64,000 nt of DNA. Origin: a virus. Positions 20,311 through 27,865 of this stretch are shown here, piece by piece. The translations under genes and the position numbers were made by a program. Position 1 is the first letter of the stretch. The number at the start of each line of letters is the position of its first letter. The notes beneath the pieces were generated by a model. It saw only the letters and a list, made by a program, of their open reading frames with translations, searched no databases and was not told where the DNA came from. The stretch is taken from the IMG/VR virus record IMGVR_UViG_3300032285_004186. The stretch is one strand, 5' to 3'.

Positions 20311-20979
20311 TTAGTTTGGTTTAATATTAACTGATTGTTTGGTTTGATTCAACGTATGTTTTATAAATTGTTCAATTGTTCGTGTTCCTTCTTTAACTAA
20401 TGTTTTAGTTTTAGAAGAAAGATGGTATCTATTACGAAAAGCAAAAAAATTGTCTGCAATGTTAGTATCCCATACTGCATTGATAGTCTGTTCATGTAAT
20501 GTAGAAAAGTTTAATAATTCCATTAAACAATACGGGTTAATAGATTTGGTTCTATAATGCTCCAACCATGCCGGGCCGTTACCTATTTTGAAATTAATAT
20601 AATGTTCCAATAAAATTTGATTGTTTAAACAAAACTTAGTTATGAATCCTAAACCCTCTTTGATGGAGTCTAATTGTTTTTCTGGAGACTGATCTAATTT
20701 TTGTTTTTGTGCTAAAGAATAATTTTTAATAGCTGCTCTTCCTATAAAAAATTTTAAAGGAGGTGTAGGTTCTTCGGGGTGTAAAATTTTAGAAGCACTG
20801 AAAAAATCATCCATGTTTATATGTTTAAACTTGGAAAAAAATAAGGACAATTTCTGCAAATACAAAAGAGTAGAAGAAGGAATATCTGAAAAATCTTTGC
20901 GTGGTTTCCAGGCTTCACCGTTGCGAAAATGCTTAAGGTGACAATTGTAAATTTGTTGTTCTAATGAAGAAATGCTCAA
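20311..20979 (-). CDS. Hypothetical protein, possibly gp59-like helicase loader
   Basis: 222 aa, helical, directly upstream of gp32 as gp59 is in T4. The call rests mostly on synteny. Confidence 0.4.
   Translation of the reverse strand: MSISSLEQQIYNCHLKHFRNGEAWKPRKDFSDIPSSTLLYLQKLSLFFSKFKHINMDDFFSASKILHPEEPTPPLKFFIGRAAIKNYSLAQKQKLDQSPEKQLDSIKEGLGFITKFCLNNQILLEHYINFKIGNGPAWLEHYRTKSINPYCLMELLNFSTLHEQTINAVWDTNIADNFFAFRNRYHLSSKTKTLVKEGTRTIEQFIKHTLNQTKQSVNIKPN
20324..20352 (-). promoter_or_regulatory. Sigma70-type promoter upstream of gp32
   Basis: TTGAAT-17-TAATAT, then a 22-nt A/C-rich stretch to ATG. Confidence 0.55.
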
Positions 20980-21284
20980 GATTCTAACTTGGTTTGTTGT
21001 TTTTGTTTAAATCTAAAAATTTTCTTATAGATATTAGGAGTAAGGCTCAAATATGTTTTAATAATGGTTTGAAGATTGTGGTCACCTAACAATCCGAAAT
21101 ATATTTTTTGCGTCTTTTTATCTTCAATTAAAATTTTTAAAAAGTTAAGAAAGTTTAACTTCTTTCCTCGGGAAATGCAAACAAAAGAACCGAATTTTAA
21201 AGTAATATTTTCAAATTCTGTTAGATCCGACATTTCTGAAGGATTCATTAAATCTTCTATTTGTTGGGAGGAAGTAATAATCAT
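20976..21284 (-). CDS. Hypothetical protein
   Basis: 102-aa ORF coupled to neighbours; occupies the T4 gp33 position but no motif is recognised. Confidence 0.5.
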   Translation of the reverse strand: MIITSSQQIEDLMNPSEMSDLTEFENITLKFGSFVCISRGKKLNFLNFLKILIEDKKTQKIYFGLLGDHNLQTIIKTYLSLTPNIYKKIFRFKQKQQTKLES

Positions 21285-21287
21285 GAA

Positions 21288-22181
21288 CTATCTATTTACC
21301 GGGACTAGGTTTTTTGTAACCTCCATAAACAAAGGAGTGATAATTCCTCCACCAGCATGGACGTGTCCACCACCATCACAAATTTTTTCTGCAAAGTTTC
21401 CTACATTAATAGGATCTTCTTTTGTGTATTGTCTAATGCTTACCTTTTCTGATTTGCTGTTAATGAAAAAGAAAACATCCGGACGATGCCGTTGCATCAA
21501 AATGTCATTTGTAATATTAGAAAAATTTTCAGACATAATGGCCAATGTTTTCTTTTTCTTATTACCAAAATTAATATAACCTTCAAAGGTGGGTGTTTTG
21601 TCAGCTTCGTTGGTTGCTTCTTTTTTGATAAAATTAATAGCTTTTTTTTGTTCTACAGAAAATCCTTTGAATCCTGAAAAATAATCTTTGATAAATTTTG
21701 AAAAATTGTTTTTGTATTCTGACCAAAAAAGAATATTTAAGTCATAAGATTCTGGAATTTCTAAGCGATAACAATCATAATCATCCGCCAAGGCTATAAG
21801 TGTTTTTTGTGAATCTGAGCGTGCTTGAAAATTTTCTCCTTTAAAGATTTGAGCCATCAATAAAGCATTAGATGAAATAACTTTATGAATAATTTTTGCT
21901 TTATTAAATCTTGGTATGAAATCTACCGATGAATCGTGATGGTCTATAAAAGTAATATTAGACCTGTCCAAATCTGGTAAGAATTCTTCTCTCAAAGATA
22001 AATCTAAAATAAAAGTTTGACAAGGTTTATTGATTTTTTCTAAAGACTTTTTAATGTTATCAATCTGTAGGTTGTTGACACTGTCATAAGTGATGGTGTC
22101 CTCTGGCAAAGCCCATAATAATGTTAATAAGCTAACTGCTCCGTCTAAATCTTTATGAGTATATGCGTGATAACAAGCCAT
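21288..22181 (-). CDS. DHH/DHHA1 phosphoesterase
   Basis: HKDLDG, ILDL, IDHH, SIR and GGGHVHAGG. Confidence 0.88.
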   Translation of the reverse strand: MACYHAYTHKDLDGAVSLLTLLWALPEDTITYDSVNNLQIDNIKKSLEKINKPCQTFILDLSLREEFLPDLDRSNITFIDHHDSSVDFIPRFNKAKIIHKVISSNALLMAQIFKGENFQARSDSQKTLIALADDYDCYRLEIPESYDLNILFWSEYKNNFSKFIKDYFSGFKGFSVEQKKAINFIKKEATNEADKTPTFEGYINFGNKKKKTLAIMSENFSNITNDILMQRHRPDVFFFINSKSEKVSIRQYTKEDPINVGNFAEKICDGGGHVHAGGGIITPLFMEVTKNLVPVNR

Positions 22182-22190
22182 TTGTTTAAA

Positions 22191-22793
22191 TTAATAACTA
22201 ATTATACCAATCATTGCTATATTATGCGGACGAGTTTCTGAAGCTGATCGAGCATTATTATTCGTAGCATTGTCTGATAATTTAGAAGAATACGCATTGA
22301 CTGCTCCGATAGAAGTATGGCCTTGCGGACATTCTCCGCCGTATCCCCATCCAGAAGAACCATAAGCTGTACTCCAACCTGCATACCACATCATACCATC
22401 TGCATGACTATGATCTTGGACTGCATCAGATTGAATTGATCCCATCGTTCTACCAGAGTCTATGCCTCTACCGTGATCCCATCCTCTAATAAATTCTCCT
22501 CGTAGATCTGGTATACAAAAATTAGAACCACCGCCGCCGTACGTATACCCTATGGCTGCAAATAAATCTGTATATAAAGGATCAGAAATACTTAAACTTC
22601 TGCCATTACATTCTAAAAATCCAGTTGGTGTATTTAAAGCTGCTGTGAAAAATATAGCACCAACTGGAAATATTAATTTTTTAATACTTTGAAGTGTGGT
22701 TGTATAAGTCGAATTGCTGTGATTTATAAGCAATAAATCTGTCACAAGTGGAGTTGTGGTGGAAGGAAATTCTGAAATTTTTTTATTAGCCAT
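22191..22793 (-). CDS. Tail-collar domain protein (short fibre-like)
   Basis: 'PVGAI...TPTGFLECNG...LFAAIGYTYGG...PDLRGEFIRGWD...ETRPHNIAM'. Confidence 0.88.
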   Translation of the reverse strand: MANKKISEFPSTTTPLVTDLLLINHSNSTYTTTLQSIKKLIFPVGAIFFTAALNTPTGFLECNGRSLSISDPLYTDLFAAIGYTYGGGGSNFCIPDLRGEFIRGWDHGRGIDSGRTMGSIQSDAVQDHSHADGMMWYAGWSTAYGSSGWGYGGECPQGHTSIGAVNAYSSKLSDNATNNNARSASETRPHNIAMIGIISY

Positions 22794-22800
22794 AACTTAT

Positions 22801-24183
22801 TTATTCTTCGTCTAAAGATTCTATTATTCTAATAGTATCAGACACACTATTTACATTTCCGTTAGAACCTGGCAACTGTTTTTTAGGGACAGTAAAAGAC
22901 TTAGAAACGTCATCTGGATCTTTCAACGATAAAGTAGGATAATCAATTTCTAAAATAGTATGACATTCTCTAGGTCCAAATCGATTCTTGGTAATACCTA
23001 AATGAATAATACCTAATTCAAAATCTTCTTCTTCTGTCCAAATAGGAAATTGACAATCTGCGGTATGAGAAAGACCCATGGATTCACTGGTAGTCTCTAG
23101 ACCCGGATTAGATTCATTGTATGCTGACCGATTAGTTTGAGTGGCTGTAATTAAAGGACAACTGAAATAATAAGTTAATGCTCTAATCTGTTCTGTAATT
23201 TGTTTAATAGATTCATAAGAATTCATTCCCTTTTCCGGAGGTGCTAATAGGTTAAGATAATCTAAAACAATGATATCTGGCTTAATTCCCTTACGTACTA
23301 AACGGTCTAGGAATGATTTAATCTGTAAAGGTGTTACAGACTTAGGAGGAAATTCTTTAATGATTAATTTAGACATTTTGTGCTGAATCTTATATTTTTC
23401 TATGCTTTGTTTAAGTGGTTCAATTTGCATAGACAATTCATTCATGGCTATTTTAGAAAGCTGTGAACTTATGCGTTTGGCATATACTTGTTCAGACATT
23501 TCCAAAGAAATTAACACTACAGTTTTATTTTGATTTAAAATGTTAGTAGCGATATTGCCGAGGAAGATAGACTTACCTACATTAGTTACTCCGTAAAATA
23601 CATACAAAGCTCTGCCTGCTGCCATAAACCCCCCTCCAATTCTTTCATCTAACCACTTCCACCCTGAAGGAATAACATCAAACACTTTTTGTAAATCTTC
23701 ACAATGTTCATCTATGCCTTCTAAATAATCAAATCCATAATTTTCTACTAGATTAATGCTGCAAGCTTCCTCAAAATCTTGCAATATTTTGGCTGTATTA
23801 ATTTCACCAGATTGTACATCTATATTGGTTTTTAATACAGTGCTATACACTGCTTTTTCTCTAAAGAATCTTTCTGAATTTTTTAATAAAACTTCTTTAT
23901 CATAAGATTTGTCTATGCTATCAAAACCTAAAGCTACTTGCTTCAAAGCATTACGCTTTTCTGCATCTACCATATGTACTTTAAGTTCTGTAATATTTGG
24001 TATCTTATGATAATTGGCATAATATTCCGACAATGATTCAAATACTGAGCGAATGTTTTTGTCTTCAAAGAAACTTGGCTTGGCGTGTTCTATAATACTT
24101 TCCAAATATATTGGATCTATTAAAGCATTATAAATGATAAGCTTTTCAAAGAGAGCTAGGTCTATCGGAAGAGAAGACTTCAT
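22801..24183 (-). CDS. Replicative helicase (gp41/DnaB-like)
   Basis: GVTNVGKS, ISLEMSE, IIKEFPP, VLDYLNL, TATQTNR, SESMG and KNRFG. Confidence 0.95.
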   Translation of the reverse strand: MKSSLPIDLALFEKLIIYNALIDPIYLESIIEHAKPSFFEDKNIRSVFESLSEYYANYHKIPNITELKVHMVDAEKRNALKQVALGFDSIDKSYDKEVLLKNSERFFREKAVYSTVLKTNIDVQSGEINTAKILQDFEEACSINLVENYGFDYLEGIDEHCEDLQKVFDVIPSGWKWLDERIGGGFMAAGRALYVFYGVTNVGKSIFLGNIATNILNQNKTVVLISLEMSEQVYAKRISSQLSKIAMNELSMQIEPLKQSIEKYKIQHKMSKLIIKEFPPKSVTPLQIKSFLDRLVRKGIKPDIIVLDYLNLLAPPEKGMNSYESIKQITEQIRALTYYFSCPLITATQTNRSAYNESNPGLETTSESMGLSHTADCQFPIWTEEEDFELGIIHLGITKNRFGPRECHTILEIDYPTLSLKDPDDVSKSFTVPKKQLPGSNGNVNSVSDTIRIIESLDEE

Positions 24184-24189
24184 TATAAA

Positions 24190-24218
24190 ATTATAAAGGC
24201 TATTGACGTTAAAATCAA
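24190..24218 (-). promoter_or_regulatory. Sigma70-type promoter for gp41 (leaderless geometry)
   Basis: TTGATT-17-TATAAT, then 6 nt to ATG. Confidence 0.7.
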
Positions 24219-24227
24219 TAGCCTTTA
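24194..24227 (-). terminator. 13-bp perfect hairpin downstream of queD, overlapping the gp41 promoter
   Basis: taaaggctattga-cgttaaaa-tcaatagccttta. Confidence 0.6.
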
Positions 24228-24248
24228 ATTAAGTGTTACACTTTAAAT

Positions 24249-24725
24249 TTATTTTGATAAATCAATATAAATTGCTGAATTTTCAGCATGTTCCCACACT
24301 TCAACTTTTTCCACCCAACACCTATAACCATACTTGTCTGAAAGATATTGCCTAGCTGCATTGTAACACCACTCTGCTGTTTTTTCAATTCCTACACCTG
24401 ACATGACTCGAAGGTCACACCCTCCATTATCATGCAATTGAATAAAAGATGGTAACAAAGGATCATCTTCTGCAATACATAACGTATGATCAAATTGTTT
24501 TTGCAAAATAGCCTTAAGATCTTTAAGACCACCGAAGTCTACTGCCCAATTTTTATCATCTAATTTAGAACAACCAAACCAAAATTTTGCTTTAAGTTCG
24601 TAGCCATGAACATATGAACACCTTTTAGAATTTGGTCCTGCATCTAATCTTTCGTTGTCTAAACCTGCCCGCCATTGTCGAAAGGCACAGCTGCCTAATT
24701 TAATAATCTTTGTCGATTCAAACAT
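24249..24725 (-). CDS. queD: 6-carboxytetrahydropterin synthase
   Basis: 'CAFRQW', 'CSYVHGY', 'VDFGGLK', 'FDH' and 'VEVWEHAENSA' T-fold motifs. Confidence 0.85.
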   Translation of the reverse strand: MFESTKIIKLGSCAFRQWRAGLDNERLDAGPNSKRCSYVHGYELKAKFWFGCSKLDDKNWAVDFGGLKDLKAILQKQFDHTLCIAEDDPLLPSFIQLHDNGGCDLRVMSGVGIEKTAEWCYNAARQYLSDKYGYRCWVEKVEVWEHAENSAIYIDLSK

Positions 24726-24726
24726 A

Positions 24727-24828
24727 TTATTTCCTCTTAATGGTTTTAGTAATGGTGGTTGTTTTACGAATAGTCACATTACCTTTCTTTATAGACTTGA
24801 CTCGTCGTTGTGTAATTTTTTTAGTCAT
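24727..24828 (-). CDS. Small basic protein, 33 aa, absent from the ORF track
   Basis: MTKKITQRRVKSIKKGNVTIRKTTTITKTIKRK exactly fills the uvsX-queD gap, overlapping the uvsX end by 8 nt and stopping 1 nt before the queD ATG. Confidence 0.6.
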   Translation of the reverse strand: MTKKITQRRVKSIKKGNVTIRKTTTITKTIKRK

Positions 24829-25951
24829 GTTCTTCTTCAGAAGTATCTTCTTCTAAGTCTGTAACTTCAACACTCTCTTTGCGGTATTTAAGCTGTTCTT
24901 GCAAACATTTTTCAATCTCCGGAAGAATTTTATTCCAAGTTTCTTCGTCTTTTCGCCAGGTCTTGTAATAACCTAGTTTAGTACCGTCTTTAAGAGAATA
25001 AGTTGCTCCGTTTTGAACCACTACCCCATATCCCAAGGCCATTTCTAATAACCCAGAATATTTTGCTAGACCGTCTCTAAAATTGAGATACATTTCTGTT
25101 TCAAGAAATGGTGGAACAATGCGATTTTTAATAGTTAGTGCTCTAAGAGTTACTCCATTAACATCTTTAGCCATAGGAATAATTTCATCAGATGCTTCTT
25201 TGCTTTGATTGGTGCCAGTGGTTCTTTCATTCTTAACTGCCATTTGAACCAAAACAGAAGACATATACAACGGACCAGAACCTCCAGATTGTTGCTTTAC
25301 AACACCTGGAAACATTTCTGTAGGATTTGTATAAATATGATTACTAAACACAATAGGAACATCTGCTTTTGCTGCTTTATGAGTTAATACACGAAGCATG
25401 CTCTTTAATCCTTTGGCTCGAGCACCCATATCCATAGCTTCTTTGCCGGCTGTAACATCTGCCATTTCTTTTGTTGAAACCAAATTGCCTAAAGAATCAA
25501 TAGAAATAATAAATTGACTTTTAAGCTTCTTTTCAATGACTGTATCTAAAAATTGACTTACTTGATTGCGACATTGTTCTACGGTTTCTACGGGACAATA
25601 TTTTACTTTAGACGGATCCATACCCATATTAGTAGCAGATTGTGCATCTACAGCATTTTCCGTATCAAAGACAACAACATATCGACCTTGCTTTTGTGCA
25701 TTAGCTAAGATCTTGTTAATGATGTAAGTCTTACCACAACTAGTAGGACCACTAAAGCCAATGATGCGACCACTAGGAATTCCTTTATACAAAGAACCAC
25801 CAATGATAGCATTTAAAGCCATTGAACCAGTGTCTATAAAACTACTAACATTAGACAATGTATTATTATCTAAAAAAGAAGCTTCTGGATTCAGAGAATC
25901 TAAAACTTTAAAAGCAGACATTACATCTGCTGGATAATCTTTTTTGGACAT
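24821..25951 (-). CDS. uvsX: RecA-like recombinase
   Basis: IDTGSMALN, GPTSCGKT, FDTENA, IDSLGNL, DMGARAK, SGGSG and KNRIVPPF. Confidence 0.93.
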   Translation of the reverse strand: MSKKDYPADVMSAFKVLDSLNPEASFLDNNTLSNVSSFIDTGSMALNAIIGGSLYKGIPSGRIIGFSGPTSCGKTYIINKILANAQKQGRYVVVFDTENAVDAQSATNMGMDPSKVKYCPVETVEQCRNQVSQFLDTVIEKKLKSQFIISIDSLGNLVSTKEMADVTAGKEAMDMGARAKGLKSMLRVLTHKAAKADVPIVFSNHIYTNPTEMFPGVVKQQSGGSGPLYMSSVLVQMAVKNERTTGTNQSKEASDEIIPMAKDVNGVTLRALTIKNRIVPPFLETEMYLNFRDGLAKYSGLLEMALGYGVVVQNGATYSLKDGTKLGYYKTWRKDEETWNKILPEIEKCLQEQLKYRKESVEVTDLEEDTSEEEHD

Positions 25952-25957
25952 ATATTT

Positions 25958-26353
25958 TTATTCGTCAAACAAATTAACTACAGTGTTATTGGTTTGTTGA
26001 TTAGGTGCCGGTTGCTGTTGGGGAATTTCACCAGGTGAAACAAAGGCATTGTTTTTATTAAACAATTGAGCATATTGAGCCAATAACCTGAAATCAACTG
26101 CCGAAATATTTGTTTTAACAATACTACTATTTTGATAGGTAAAGGAAACATCTTCAGCTTTGTCTGCCAAGAATTCTCTGAAAAAAAGAGGATATAGTTG
26201 AACTGTCATTCGGCCTCCTTCTACCGGAACTACATTTAAAATAACTGGATTTACTACAGTTGTGGTTTGTTCATTCTCATTTAAAAGTTCTCCGAGAATA
26301 GTTCTGCCTACTGTGTCTAAAAAGACAATGGTTTTTTTGTTTTCTTCACTCAT
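25958..26353 (-). CDS. Hypothetical protein (small Sm-like beta fold, putative)
   Basis: 'GRTILGEL...VVNPVIL' pattern as seen in T4-like core small proteins. Confidence 0.5.
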   Translation of the reverse strand: MSEENKKTIVFLDTVGRTILGELLNENEQTTTVVNPVILNVVPVEGGRMTVQLYPLFFREFLADKAEDVSFTYQNSSIVKTNISAVDFRLLAQYAQLFNKNNAFVSPGEIPQQQPAPNQQTNNTVVNLFDE

Positions 26354-26390
26354 ATGATTTATTATATTGTTAAATTTTTATATTGCTAGT

Positions 26391-27065
26391 TTATTCGATG
26401 TTTTGTTTGTTGATAAAATTTAAAGCCTCAGAACATGCCGGAAACAATTCACAAAAACTTTTCTTAATGTTGTCCGCTATGTCCCTGTGTTCCAGTTGAG
26501 TATCCTTTTTACATCTTAATTGTAGATAATGTATCCAGGATCTTATGTTTCCTGTCATATATAAAGTTGTCTGCACACAAAGAGGAAGAACCTTGCGAGC
26601 ACTTTCTCGGGCTCCTCCTTTGGAGATAATATATTCATACAATTCTATTCCACCTGTGACATGGTCTACAATTTTTTTAATGTCTTCTGGCTCCAAAGGC
26701 AAAATCTCTTCACTGGACTGCCTATTTTTTTCTGCTTGTTTTCTTACATCAAAGGATTCTAATCCAGTCACCACACTATATCGTTGACTAAATTCTTGAA
26801 AAGAAAAAGATTTATGTCGCAAAATTTGTGCAGATATGTCTCTGCTGGTTTGAATTTCTACAGTCATAGAAGCTTGTTCGAAAATAGACCAATGTTCGTG
26901 TTCTATACAGTATTTTATTAATTTAGAAGATGTATCTAAATTTAATTGATTAGATGGATTAGACACCCTAGCACAATAAACTATAAATTCTTCTGCTGAT
27001 AAAAATCTGGTATTATCTTCAGATCTTATATAAGGTTGTGTAATGGCTACTACTTTTGTTTGCAT
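26391..27065 (-). CDS. thyX: FAD-dependent thymidylate synthase
   Basis: ARVS, HWSIFEQ, RHKSFSFQEFSQRY, ESARKVLP and TQLEHR. Confidence 0.95.
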   Translation of the reverse strand: MQTKVVAITQPYIRSEDNTRFLSAEEFIVYCARVSNPSNQLNLDTSSKLIKYCIEHEHWSIFEQASMTVEIQTSRDISAQILRHKSFSFQEFSQRYSVVTGLESFDVRKQAEKNRQSSEEILPLEPEDIKKIVDHVTGGIELYEYIISKGGARESARKVLPLCVQTTLYMTGNIRSWIHYLQLRCKKDTQLEHRDIADNIKKSFCELFPACSEALNFINKQNIE

Positions 27066-27865
27066 AAGTCTTTAAAAATTTTAATATTGTCTTTTATAAT
27101 TTCTATTTGATCATCTGTGACTGGTTCATCAAAAATATCTATCATCTTTTGAGGAATTTTATCTTGTAAATTTTTATCAAATTGATAGGATTTTTTATAA
27201 AAACCTGACAAGACTGGATGAGAAGTATCTATACTTTCTATAAAAGAAAGTTGATTGTCTCTGTACCAACTAAATTCTAAAGGAATTCCACAACCTAATA
27301 AATGATGAGGTTTATTCTGATTAATAATTCCTTTATCCAACAAATATCTAACCAAAGATATTCGCCCGTCACTAAAAGATTTTGCTTTAGATTGAATATC
27401 TTCTCTCCAATTTCTCAAATAAAAATCATAACCAAAGCTTATTGCTATTTTATCTGCTCTTTCATTCATGAAGTGGTAAGCCTTTTCAAAATCTTCATGA
27501 CATTTGCCTTGTAAAACACCAATTTTCTTACCAGTTAACACTGATAAATCAAAATCTTTGTTAAATTTTTCATAAGAAGCCAGATTTTCTTCACAATTTT
27601 GCCAAACATCTGGCACAATATACTCATCTGGTTGGATTCTTAAGAGCCATTTGTAGTATTTTTCAAAATTAAATGCCTCTCCCAGCTCAAATAAGCTGCA
27701 GTCCATGATAATTTTGCGATCATTGTGCTCAAAAAAATCCAAATAACTCTTTGATTCTTCTAATAAATGTACCAAACAGTAGTCATAATCTGTCACGGAC
27801 TGCACCAAATCCATAATTTCCATAGGGGCTTCGTGGGCTATTTGCATATTTTTATATAATAACAT
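27050..27865 (-). CDS. TGT/DpdA-like guanine transglycosylase-fold protein
   Basis: TIM-barrel motifs in TGT order: 'IIMDCSLFE', 'IVPDV', 'IGVLQG', 'HHLLG' and 'SIDTS'; Que genes are present in the window. Confidence 0.65.
   Translation of the reverse strand: MLLYKNMQIAHEAPMEIMDLVQSVTDYDYCLVHLLEESKSYLDFFEHNDRKIIMDCSLFELGEAFNFEKYYKWLLRIQPDEYIVPDVWQNCEENLASYEKFNKDFDLSVLTGKKIGVLQGKCHEDFEKAYHFMNERADKIAISFGYDFYLRNWREDIQSKAKSFSDGRISLVRYLLDKGIINQNKPHHLLGCGIPLEFSWYRDNQLSFIESIDTSHPVLSGFYKKSYQFDKNLQDKIPQKMIDIFDEPVTDDQIEIIKDNIKIFKDLCKQK

Noticed and set aside
20976-21284. gp33 late co-activator
   Set aside because: Supported by position only; no sequence motif recognised.
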